Part shown: positions 56,618 to 64,000 of the stretch, piece after piece
How the letters are laid out: every line of letters begins with the position of its first letter
Numbering within the stretch: the first letter of the stretch is position 1
From: Escherichia phage FV3
Sequence record: NC_019517.1
Length of the DNA stretch: 64,000 nucleotides
Strand: one strand, 5' to 3'
Made by a program: the position numbers and the translations under genes
Notes under the pieces: generated by a model
The model's input: only the letters and a program-made list of their open reading frames with translations
The model's database searches: none
Told to the model about the DNA's origin: nothing

Positions 56618-56734
56618 ATGTCTACAGGTATTTATAAAATTTGCAAGTGTGGTTGTCATTGCAATCTTCGTTGGTGTAAGGCACTGGACGATTTTATTTG
56701 GCATTGTCCTAAATGCGACGCGGAGTATGTATGA
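56618..56734 (+). CDS. Small Cys-rich protein (38 aa), translationally coupled to nrdG
   Basis: AGGAGG SD then ATG 56618; MSTGIYKICKCGCHCNLRWCKALDDFIWHCPKCDAEYV; stop overlaps the nrdG start (ATGA). Below the ORF-track size cutoff. Confidence 0.4.
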   Translation: MSTGIYKICKCGCHCNLRWCKALDDFIWHCPKCDAEYV

Positions 56735-57204
56735 ATATTGCCGGGTATACAGAGATATCTTACACCGAGGGACCAGGTATTAGGACAGCTTTGTGGGTAT
56801 CTGGGTGCCCACACGCTTGTCCTGGTTGCTTTAATCAAGCATTTTGGTCAAAAGATAAAGGAAGAGTGTTCACCGAAGAAGATTTGCAGAAAATTTTGTC
56901 GGATTTAGACAATGAATCTGTATGCGGTATTTCTTTACTAGGTGGAGAGCCTTTGGCTACTTATAATGAGCCAGGTATTATTGACCTTATGAGGAGAATT
57001 AAGGAAAAGTTTGGTGACAAGAAAACTATTCTTGTGTATACTGGGTTCACATTTGAGCATATCTCTAGTGATGTTCTTAAACTGGCTGATATCGTCATTG
57101 ATGGAAAGTATGTAAAAGATTTACCAACCAAGAAACCATTCCGAGGCAGCGATAACCAAAGAATGTTTAAAAAGGTAGCAGGAGGTTGGGTTCAGGTTGA
57201 CTAA
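56731..57204 (+). CDS. nrdG: Anaerobic ribonucleotide reductase activating protein
   Basis: Radical-SAM-type cluster motif CPHACPGC near N-terminus; N-terminus MNIAGY... fits NrdG-like starts; ORF-track start 56713 probably too early. Confidence 0.7.
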   Translation: MNIAGYTEISYTEGPGIRTALWVSGCPHACPGCFNQAFWSKDKGRVFTEEDLQKILSDLDNESVCGISLLGGEPLATYNEPGIIDLMRRIKEKFGDKKTILVYTGFTFEHISSDVLKLADIVIDGKYVKDLPTKKPFRGSDNQRMFKKVAGGWVQVD

Positions 57205-57207
57205 TTG

Positions 57208-57237
57208 TTGACAAAGTCTTGTTAAGTTGGTTATAAT
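57208..57237 (+). promoter_or_regulatory. Sigma70-type promoter
   Basis: TTGACA (57208-57213), 18 nt, TATAAT (57232-57237); a second -35-like TTGACT at 57196. Confidence 0.6.
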
Positions 57238-57266
57238 TAGCGTAATGAAAGCAGAGGAGGTGCCAA

Positions 57267-57380
57267 ATGGCTAAAAAGGCCTTGAAGAAGGCGTACAAAA
57301 AAGAGATTGCGCTTGAGCTTAAGAAAAAACACAAGCGTGAAAAGAAACATCATGAGGATGAAGAGGGGGTGCAACAGTGA
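57267..57380 (+). CDS. Small lysine-rich basic protein (37 aa)
   Basis: GAGGAGG SD then ATG 57267; MAKKALKKAYKKEIALELKKKHKREKKHHEDEEGVQQ; stop overlaps the GTG start of the next ORF. Below ORF-track cutoff. Confidence 0.35.
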   Translation: MAKKALKKAYKKEIALELKKKHKREKKHHEDEEGVQQ

Positions 57381-57727
57381 CACAAGAACGTATCGATTTG
57401 GCTAATAAGTTTGTAGATCTCATTTTGCCACGGTTAGTTACTCAACATGCGGACGCTATTTCTACTAATCTTGATGGCTTACGCCTGATGCTAAATCGCA
57501 CAGATGACCCTCGTATCCGGGCTGATTTAGAAGCCTCTGCCAACAAACTGGAAAAGTTCTTGCAAGTAGACACGCAAGAAGCCTTACACAAGATTATGGT
57601 GGAAGGTTTCTCTAAAGAATTTACCATTAAAGAGCTTAAGGAGCTGATCCACCAAGAAGAGATGAATATCCGAGTTCAGGCTGTTGCAAGCAGCATGGAA
57701 GCGGCTATTGAAAAACTATTGCAGTAA
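57377..57727 (+). CDS. Hypothetical protein (116 aa)
   Basis: Alpha-helical ORF; no motif. Confidence 0.3.
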   Translation: MTQERIDLANKFVDLILPRLVTQHADAISTNLDGLRLMLNRTDDPRIRADLEASANKLEKFLQVDTQEALHKIMVEGFSKEFTIKELKELIHQEEMNIRVQAVASSMEAAIEKLLQ

Positions 57728-57765
57728 AAGTACTTGGCACATCTCAATCTGAAAGGAGTCCCAAC

Positions 57766-58554
57766 ATGGGTCGAGCTAAAGAAACAAAACGCATGCGTGA
57801 TGAAGCTAGAGAGGCTCGCAAATCTGATCGCCTGCGTAAGGCTGCTGAAAAATTTGCTGACGAACGAGAGCACACCGCTCCAGCTCTCCGACCAATGAAT
57901 AAAAAGCAGCAAAAGTATCTTGATTATCTAGGGTCGCGTAAGATTATCATTGTAAACGGTGTGTTTGGATCCGGTAAGACATTCATGGCATCTGCATATG
58001 CAGGTGATCTTCTGCGCAAGAACGAGATTGATAAGATCATTGTTGCACGTCCTTACGTTCAGACAGGAAAGACTTCAGGATTTAAACCTGGAAATGCAAT
58101 GCAGAAACTGTGGCCCTATCTTCGAAGCATGATGGACACTATTTGTCGTCGTGTTGGCAAAGGTGCTTTTGCAGCAATGCTTGGGGACGGTCAGAACAGC
58201 CGTATCGAGATTTGTGAGGTTGAAAGCATTCGTGGTCGTAGTTTTGATGAACGATGCTTTGTCCTTATTGATGAAGCACAGCAAACTAACCCTGAAGAAA
58301 TGTTGTCAATTATCACAAGGATCTCTGATCAGGCCACCCTTGTAATTATGGGCGATAACAGCCAACGTGACATCCCTGGTAAATCTGGCCTTGCATGGGT
58401 GACAGATTTCTTTACTCGTCATCCAGATCCTGAGGTTGGAATGATTAGCTTTGATAGTCCAGACGATGTCGTTCGTTCCGGGCTGGGTCGTCAGATTGCA
58501 CTCAATCTTATTGAGGATCGTGCAAATCATATTTGGACTCCTGTTTCCGAGTAA
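57766..58554 (+). CDS. phoH: PhoH-like ATPase
   Basis: 262-aa ORF with Walker A (VNGVFGSGKTF) and Walker B-like (CFVLIDEAQ) motifs. Confidence 0.75.
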   Translation: MGRAKETKRMRDEAREARKSDRLRKAAEKFADEREHTAPALRPMNKKQQKYLDYLGSRKIIIVNGVFGSGKTFMASAYAGDLLRKNEIDKIIVARPYVQTGKTSGFKPGNAMQKLWPYLRSMMDTICRRVGKGAFAAMLGDGQNSRIEICEVESIRGRSFDERCFVLIDEAQQTNPEEMLSIITRISDQATLVIMGDNSQRDIPGKSGLAWVTDFFTRHPDPEVGMISFDSPDDVVRSGLGRQIALNLIEDRANHIWTPVSE

Positions 58555-58598
58555 TACAGAAGGGTGGTTATTCCACCCTTAAATATCTAAAACAGTTG

Positions 58599-58627
58599 TT
58601 GACAAACAGGTGAGCTTTAGATATTAT
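58599..58627 (+). promoter_or_regulatory. Sigma70-type promoter
   Basis: TTGACA (58599-58604), 17 nt, TATTAT (58622-58627); preceded by a weak hairpin terminator (58561-58586). Confidence 0.55.
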
Positions 58628-58657
58628 TATTGGACAAAACAAGGAGAAGGACACAGT

Positions 58658-58969
58658 ATGGCTACAATACAAGAGAGACTGAATAAAATATACTGCCTGT
58701 TTGTCTATAACGGTGAGACAATTTTGGCAAATAAGGGATCCAAGAGTGTGTGGACCAAGGACAGTGGTGGTAACATAATCAACTTAGCGTTGCTACGTGA
58801 GCGCAGACACAGATTCTTTATCGAGTCTCGGATTATTGAAAGCAGCACCTGCTACAGAACAGGCGATAAAGTAATTGTTGACAATGATACGTGGTATGTG
58901 GTAGACTGGCAATCATTGAGCTGTGATGCTTCTGACAATCGTAAGTATTCTATAGTGATTGCTAAATAA
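58658..58969 (+). CDS. Hypothetical protein (about 103 aa)
   Basis: ATG 58658 (MATIQERL...) after AAGGAGAAGG SD; ORF-track start 58610 overlaps the promoter. Confidence 0.3.
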   Translation: MATIQERLNKIYCLFVYNGETILANKGSKSVWTKDSGGNIINLALLRERRHRFFIESRIIESSTCYRTGDKVIVDNDTWYVVDWQSLSCDASDNRKYSIVIAK

Positions 58970-59029
58970 AGGTAAATGTGAATCAGGTTTAAATAAATAG
59001 CTTTCAACTTCCAATATTAAGGATTTCTC

Positions 59030-60079
59030 ATGAATTTAACACCTCGCAGCACCATGGTACACGGCATGAAAGAAAAACAGAACGGTTTCGAACCTATGAG
59101 TAACAAAATGTTTGGTATGCCTGGTGGTATTATGGAAACATACAGCTACCCAACACCTGTTGTTGACCACGTTCTTTATATCGACGATTTGGACGACCTA
59201 CAAGATCATATGTCTCGTCTACAGACGATCCGTATGGCTCAGCCAGAAGAAAGTATCCGTGTAATCATTAACAGCCCTGGTGGTTGCGTTCACATTGCTA
59301 TGGCGTATTTGCAGGCATTCCGCGAGTCTCAGGCAAGCGTTGTTGTACACGCTGAAGGGATGTGCTGTTCAGCAGGAACAATCTTATGGCTAGGTTGCAA
59401 AGAACGAACTGTGGCTCCGGACACAGAATTTATGTTCCACTATTATCAAGGTGGCACTTATGGTAACGGCGTGAACATGAATACCCAGGTCAACTACTGG
59501 AAGAAACGTTTTGAACGCCTGATCGAAAAATACTACGGTGGGGTGTTAACAGAAGATGAGATCGCATCCATCACAGCTGGCGGTGAAGTGTGGTTAGATG
59601 GAGAAGAGCTGGCATCTAGAACTGGTGCTATCATTCTGGACGATGAAAACATTCAGCGCATTCAGAATGGACAGAAACCGAAAAAGCTTTTGGCAAAAAG
59701 TGATGAAGAAGGTGTGCTAGGCGAAGCAGGCCTGCCAGAGATTCACCAATGCACATCTTTGGACGAGCTGGTTCATGCTGTTGAGTCTGCAAAAGAAAAT
59801 GGTATGAAAGGTGATGTTCACACTGTGTTCCTGAATCTGCAGATGGAGAGTGGTGAGACCGTTAAGATTGCACTGGGTGAGATTACCTCGGAAGATCTGC
59901 AGCGATTCTCTGTGGTAGAGCTTCAGGACATTTTGTCCCAATTGAAAACTACCCTGAACGGAGGTGAAGAAGTTCAGGTGAAAGATAAGACTCGCAAGCG
60001 TCTGGTGGACAATATTATTAAAACAGCAAAAGAGCTCAATGAAAAAATCCTGGGCGCAGGAATTGTCGAAGAAGCTTAA
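59030..60079 (+). CDS. ClpP-like serine protease domain protein with C-terminal extension
   Basis: ClpP/S14-type motifs (IINSPGG, Ser in GMCCSAGT, His in FMFHYY) within the first about 200 aa, followed by an about 140-aa acidic/helical extension. Confidence 0.5.
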   Translation: MNLTPRSTMVHGMKEKQNGFEPMSNKMFGMPGGIMETYSYPTPVVDHVLYIDDLDDLQDHMSRLQTIRMAQPEESIRVIINSPGGCVHIAMAYLQAFRESQASVVVHAEGMCCSAGTILWLGCKERTVAPDTEFMFHYYQGGTYGNGVNMNTQVNYWKKRFERLIEKYYGGVLTEDEIASITAGGEVWLDGEELASRTGAIILDDENIQRIQNGQKPKKLLAKSDEEGVLGEAGLPEIHQCTSLDELVHAVESAKENGMKGDVHTVFLNLQMESGETVKIALGEITSEDLQRFSVVELQDILSQLKTTLNGGEEVQVKDKTRKRLVDNIIKTAKELNEKILGAGIVEEA

Positions 60080-60091
60080 ACATTAATTCTA

Positions 60092-60114
60092 AAGCCCTCT
60101 TCGGAGGGCTTTTA
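60092..60114 (+). terminator. Intrinsic terminator
   Basis: agccctc-ttcg-gagggct tetraloop hairpin followed by TTTTAT. Confidence 0.55.
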
Positions 60115-60130
60115 TGATCTGGAGATTTGC

Positions 60131-60664
60131 ATGACTTGTGCTAGAAAACCTGATGAACAACGTAACGCTTACGACGAGTATGTGACACCGGAGTGGTGTG
60201 CAGAAGGGCTGTATGACCTTATTCCGTTCCCAGAAGACTGGACCTACTTAGAGCCTTGCAGGAATAGCGCTTCAGGTGTGTTCTACTCCCGTATGCCGTT
60301 AGGATCTGCATGGGGAGAAATTCAAGAAGGTGTTGACTATCTGAATACAGAATACAACCATGTTGACTGTATTATCACCAACCCGCCGTACAGCCTGGCT
60401 CGTGAGTTTGTGGACAAGGCGTTGAAAGATGCCGACGTAGTTATTATGCTTTTGCGTCTTAATTTTCTGGAAAGCAAGACCAGATTTGAATGGTGGCTTG
60501 ATAATGCACCTACCACTGTGATCACAATATCTAAGCGTCCGTCATTCCAATCCAATGGTAGAACGGATGGGCAGGCATATGCCTATTTTGTATGGGACAA
60601 GAAAAACCGTCTAGGCTTGCCGCCATTTATGTGGTTGGCACCACCAGAGGCAGACTTGAAATGA
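60131..60664 (+). CDS. Small N6-adenine DNA methyltransferase
   Basis: 177-aa ORF with catalytic NPPY motif (DCIITNPPYSLA) and N-terminal YVTPEW motif. Confidence 0.5.
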   Translation: MTCARKPDEQRNAYDEYVTPEWCAEGLYDLIPFPEDWTYLEPCRNSASGVFYSRMPLGSAWGEIQEGVDYLNTEYNHVDCIITNPPYSLAREFVDKALKDADVVIMLLRLNFLESKTRFEWWLDNAPTTVITISKRPSFQSNGRTDGQAYAYFVWDKKNRLGLPPFMWLAPPEADLK

Positions 60665-60945
60665 AAATAAGTGCTAAGGACAAGTTGCACCAGTTAGCGC
60701 TAAAACGTCCTGTAACGCTTCCTGACGAGCTTAACTCTATTTATGATGCGATTGTAGGGGAGATACAAAATAAAGCGTTAGCAGGCTTTCTGGGATGCGG
60801 ATTTTCGATAAATCTTCCATCGCACCTCTCAGACTACTTCCCACACATCGTTGGGGATTTGAGGGCAGGAGGTCTGCAGGTGGATGTTGTTGGCATCTCT
60901 CCGGAGAAAAATAACACGGTTGCCTACTTGACAGTAACCTGGTAG
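60661..60945 (+). CDS. Hypothetical protein (about 94 aa)
   Basis: ATG 60661 (MKISAKDK...) overlapping the methyltransferase stop (ATGA); ORF-track start 60592 is internal to the previous gene. Confidence 0.3.
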   Translation: MKISAKDKLHQLALKRPVTLPDELNSIYDAIVGEIQNKALAGFLGCGFSINLPSHLSDYFPHIVGDLRAGGLQVDVVGISPEKNNTVAYLTVTW

Positions 60946-60973
60946 TGGTGTATTTTGTTTTCAACAAGAGGGG

Positions 60974-61222
60974 GTGTCATCTATGTACAAGTCATTTTCA
61001 ATCTACTCAAGACAGGCAAAACACTACACGGAGATTCTGATCACTCAGAAAAAGTCTGTAGAAGGTGAGTGGGAATATCATCATAAAATGTTGCGTCCAG
61101 ACTGGGTTTTTGATAGACTTATTGCTATGATTCCTCTTGGAGAAGTATACCCTCTGACAGGTCATAGGGATGCTTGGGATTTAATTGATTACATAGATTC
61201 ATTTAAGGAGCCTGGTGTATGA
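60974..61222 (+). CDS. Hypothetical protein (82 aa)
   Basis: ORF with SD; coupled to the next ORF. Confidence 0.3.
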   Translation: MSSMYKSFSIYSRQAKHYTEILITQKKSVEGEWEYHHKMLRPDWVFDRLIAMIPLGEVYPLTGHRDAWDLIDYIDSFKEPGV

Positions 61223-61617
61223 AGATTGAGATCACTAAAGAAGGTAAGAAAGTGTCTGGCGATTATGCAACAGTAATTCGGGATGTAATGTTTGAAGTAA
61301 CCCAGATTGGTACGTCTAAGGTTGGTCAAACGGTAAGTGTGCAAGGTAATATTGCCACAGGTGAAAAGATAATCATTGTGATCAAAGGACAAGACCCTGT
61401 GGAAGGAACAGTGGGCCGAGGAGGCTACCTGTGCATTTCTGAAGAACCGCGTATGCTGGTTGCTGATGACTCCACAGGTAAAAAGCGGGTATGTAACACG
61501 GACGAGGTGATGATTATCTATCCAGTCAACCCAGATGATCCGGCAACATGGATTGTGGGAAATGAAATCTTCTCTTTAGAAGAGTTATCCTTCCCAGCTC
61601 CGCGCTCTGTTCAGTAA
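61219..61617 (+). CDS. Hypothetical protein (132 aa)
   Basis: ORF with ATGA overlap to the previous gene. Confidence 0.3.
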   Translation: MKIEITKEGKKVSGDYATVIRDVMFEVTQIGTSKVGQTVSVQGNIATGEKIIIVIKGQDPVEGTVGRGGYLCISEEPRMLVADDSTGKKRVCNTDEVMIIYPVNPDDPATWIVGNEIFSLEELSFPAPRSVQ

Positions 61618-61656
61618 TAATTTATCTTACCAGGGACGGTAGAAGTAGGAGGTAGC

Positions 61657-61890
61657 ATGAAAGTTAAATTTCTTACAGATTTAGGGTACCCTTCCTTGGT
61701 TGACTGCGTTGGTAAAATTGTGGAAGCAAAACGACTATCTGCAAACGATAATGTTGTCATGGTTAAGGGAAAAGATTTACTATCTGCAGGTGCAGAGTCT
61801 GGCAGGATCTCTCCTGACTATACGTATTACCTGTCTTTAAGTAATCTACCAGAACGAGGCGGCAAAGGCCTTGAAGTTGTGGAGGAGTGA
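61657..61890 (+). CDS. Hypothetical protein (77 aa)
   Basis: ORF with GGAGG SD. Confidence 0.3.
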   Translation: MKVKFLTDLGYPSLVDCVGKIVEAKRLSANDNVVMVKGKDLLSAGAESGRISPDYTYYLSLSNLPERGGKGLEVVEE

Positions 61891-62414
61891 CAGGTATGCT
61901 GCTAGTTGATTGGAAAGATTTTTATGGCGATAAAGACCCGAAAGCCTTTATATATAAACCTTGGAGATACTCAGAGAGTCAAATTGCTGCAATAAACCTT
62001 ACAGCAAAGCGCCGAAAAATTATCGAAAGTAAATACAGGTACGCTCAGCTAGTGGCTGGTGTTTCTCCACAGGTAGAGAGTTTTGTGCTTAAACTGTACG
62101 AAAAGTTTATGAGTTACGATCTGTCATTCGTGAAGGTGGGTGAGGATTTATCCCCTGGTAACAACGTAACACGTTGGAAAGTTTCATGCGACAAAAAACT
62201 TCCGGTAAGTATTGAGGTGTGTCGATACTGGGGGTATCATGAGTGTGGCTTTTATGACTACCATGATGTAGAAATAAAGCCACGCAATCATCTAAGCGAC
62301 CCAGAAAAAGATTACTTGAAGCATGTGATTCTTTCCATGTTTGGAGGGTATATCACAGAGAAAAATAGCGAAGACAGAATATCCTTTCTTAACAGTTTGA
62401 ACCGGGAGATGTAG
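61887..62414 (+). CDS. Hypothetical protein (175 aa)
   Basis: ORF coupled to neighbours. Confidence 0.3.
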   Translation: MTGMLLVDWKDFYGDKDPKAFIYKPWRYSESQIAAINLTAKRRKIIESKYRYAQLVAGVSPQVESFVLKLYEKFMSYDLSFVKVGEDLSPGNNVTRWKVSCDKKLPVSIEVCRYWGYHECGFYDYHDVEIKPRNHLSDPEKDYLKHVILSMFGGYITEKNSEDRISFLNSLNREM

Positions 62415-62415
62415 T

Positions 62416-62652
62416 ATGACTATAGACACTGTGCTGGTTTGGTATTGCGCATTGACCTTTCTGACAATGGTTGTTTTAGCAACTCTTTGCATCATATCTT
62501 GTAGAAAAATTAAGTTTGACGACTTTATAACTATAATCACTGCCGCACCTTTTTGGCCTGTTGTTCTCTTCATTGCGGTTATGTGCTTGGTGGATCACTG
62601 TAAAACCGTCAGGAAAATGAAGGAGGCAGATAAGAATGGTAACAGTGACTGA
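62416..62652 (+). CDS. Small membrane protein (78 aa, two predicted transmembrane helices)
   Basis: Two hydrophobic stretches (VLVWYCALTFLTMVVLATLCIIS; ITAAPFWPVVLFIAVMCLV). Confidence 0.35.
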   Translation: MTIDTVLVWYCALTFLTMVVLATLCIISCRKIKFDDFITIITAAPFWPVVLFIAVMCLVDHCKTVRKMKEADKNGNSD

Positions 62653-62854
62653 AACTGTTTATACTGTTCTTAGGGAGATTGCATTCTATACAGACCTTAG
62701 TTCAGTATCTTCATGGGAAAAGAGTGTGTATTTAAAATGGTGCGTGAAATTAGAGGGGACCTTCTAATGTTTCAAGCCATGTTTATTGAAATGCTCTCCG
62801 GAGTATTACTGCTGGTAGCCATTTTGGGTGGTGCGGCGCTAATGTATAATTATC

Positions 62855-63058
62855 TTGAAAAAGGGGACAGTAATGACAAAAAATAAATCCTTAGAACAGG
62901 CTGAAAACCTTCTCCACGAGCTGGTAAAGGAGTGGAAAGTTGAATACTCAGATTTTAATGCAAGAGAGGGGGAAGATTATTGGCCTACGGAGCGCTCAGA
63001 GGGAGAGTGGTATCAAGATTTCATAGAATGGTTATATCAGACGTGCGATGAGGGGTGA
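62855..63058 (+). CDS. Hypothetical protein (67 aa)
   Basis: Short acidic ORF; coupled to the next gene. Confidence 0.25.
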   Translation: MKKGTVMTKNKSLEQAENLLHELVKEWKVEYSDFNAREGEDYWPTERSEGEWYQDFIEWLYQTCDEG

Positions 63059-63516
63059 CGATGTTTGTTAAATATGTAAAAACGTGCCTCAACAACCTTG
63101 GTAGAGAGCATTGGTACACCTTGCTTGAAAAAGGAGAAATTTTAACAAAATCTGGAAAGATAACTCTGATACCTTTGGATGATAAAGACCCGTCACTACT
63201 TGTCATAGATGATTACGTTACAGGTGTGTCGTACGAGGTCTCTGTGGAGAGGTTAATACGCAGATCTGGAGGGCCTTATGACCGAAGAGAGTATGTTTTC
63301 GATTCTGTTACAGAGAAGGAGGATCCGTCTCTAATGTTTAGGATGGTAATCAGGGATATGAAATCATCTATAAATAGGATTGTAAAGGACATTAAGGAGC
63401 CTTTTAGGGTAAAAGTTAAGAAGTTTTTTGATTCTAAGATTAACATACTCGCCGTTGTGCTAGGCGTAATTCAACTTCTGTTAATTTTGCACTATCTTGA
63501 ACTGTTGTTCAAGTAG
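63055..63516 (+). CDS. Hypothetical protein with C-terminal membrane anchor (153 aa)
   Basis: Hydrophobic C-terminus (ILAVVLGVIQLLLILHYL). Confidence 0.3.
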   Translation: MTMFVKYVKTCLNNLGREHWYTLLEKGEILTKSGKITLIPLDDKDPSLLVIDDYVTGVSYEVSVERLIRRSGGPYDRREYVFDSVTEKEDPSLMFRMVIRDMKSSINRIVKDIKEPFRVKVKKFFDSKINILAVVLGVIQLLLILHYLELLFK

Positions 63517-63549
63517 TGTGCAACAAGGCACAAAGGATGTGCCATGATT
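63517..63549 (+). promoter_or_regulatory. Promoter-like element with palindromic operator (third copy of shared motif)
   Basis: TGTGCAACA-AG-GGCACA-AAGGA-TGTGCC-ATGATT, same architecture as 56558-56587 and 38798-38828; upstream of ORF 63577. Confidence 0.45.
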
Positions 63550-63576
63550 AAATAAACTAAGAAAGAGGTAGAGAGA

Positions 63577-63924
63577 ATGCCAAAGATTAAGTCGATATTA
63601 ATGTGGGCAGCTGTTGTGGCTTTTGTAGGATACTGGACTTGGGAAACTGAATTAAAAGATATCGGGTATACCAGTCTTGAGAGCAAGGCATGCATTGGCA
63701 TAACCGATGCATTCAGGCAAAATGCTATGGATCACGAATGTGTCGATGCAGATATAGATGAGAAACTGTCTAAGGACAAGGATTTTTACCATGGTCATGC
63801 CTTGCTTGATAGTGGTGACACTGTAGAATTCTGGTCGTGGTTCCGTGAAGATGGAACAATAAAGACAGCAGTAAAGATTTCCAACAAAGAGTTAATGCTG
63901 TTGCAGCAGAAGGAGGTGCAATGA
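63577..63924 (+). CDS. Hypothetical protein with N-terminal transmembrane/signal segment (115 aa)
   Basis: GAGG SD; N-terminal hydrophobic helix (ILMWAAVVAFVGYWTW). Confidence 0.3.
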   Translation: MPKIKSILMWAAVVAFVGYWTWETELKDIGYTSLESKACIGITDAFRQNAMDHECVDADIDEKLSKDKDFYHGHALLDSGDTVEFWSWFREDGTIKTAVKISNKELMLLQQKEVQ

Positions 63925-64000
63925 TCTGGATATCCTACACTGATGGCACCATGCTGTATACTGCAGGTACTAGGTATGAAGTTCAGGAGGACGATAAAAA

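Noticed and set aside
56713-56730. ORF-track start (ATG 56713) for nrdG
   Set aside because: This ATG lies inside the small Cys-rich ORF in another frame; the ATG at 56731 gives an N-terminus (MNIAGY...) that fits NrdG-like proteins and overlaps the upstream stop, typical of coupling.
1-64000. Temperate lifestyle markers (integrase, CI-like repressor, attachment site) and a confident lineage assignment
   Set aside because: No tyrosine or serine recombinase motifs or repressor-like gene seen in the window; lineage is left open because no sequence search could be run.

Overview
The window looks like a 64-kb slice of a virulent tailed-phage genome (about 40-45% GC by eye, enterobacterial-style sigma70 promoters and Shine-Dalgarno sites, no integrase or repressor seen). 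Positions 1-28.8 kb on the minus strand form a contiguous morphogenesis and lysis block: spanin pair, large terminase, portal, scaffold-like protein, capsid candidate followed by a strong terminator, neck proteins, sheath- and tube-like proteins (myovirus-type tail), a tail chaperone with a canonical -1 frameshift site, tape measure protein, baseplate/spike proteins, two large fibre/spike proteins and a truncated distal tail gene running off the window start. A minus-strand cluster of seven tRNA genes sits at 29.2-30.0 kb. Minus-strand early genes at 30.1-33.9 kb include a P-loop kinase and a metallophosphoesterase, plus a 660-bp ORF-free region carrying four tandem palindromic 19-bp repeats, an AT-rich tract and a GC-rich structured segment. 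From 34.0 kb onward a plus-strand block encodes nucleotide and DNA metabolism: RNA-ligase-like protein, zinc-ribbon-less Sir2-like protein, MazG-like protein, DNA ligase, lambda-R-like endolysin, HNH endonucleases, FEN-type nuclease, RuvC-like and endonuclease VII-like proteins, DEDD exonuclease, two N6-adenine methyltransferases, dNMP kinase, ThyX, NrdA/NrdB/glutaredoxin, an NrdD gene split by an intron carrying an HNH endonuclease, NrdG, PhoH and a ClpP-like protease. All functional calls rest on motif recognition and gene order by eye; no database search was run, and lineage assignment (a Felix-O1-like myovirus is one possibility) is speculative. The strongest candidates for something undescribed are the iteron/structured-RNA region, the Sir2-like gene neighbourhood, the split RNA-repair gene set beside the tRNAs, and a palindrome shared by three plus-strand promoters.
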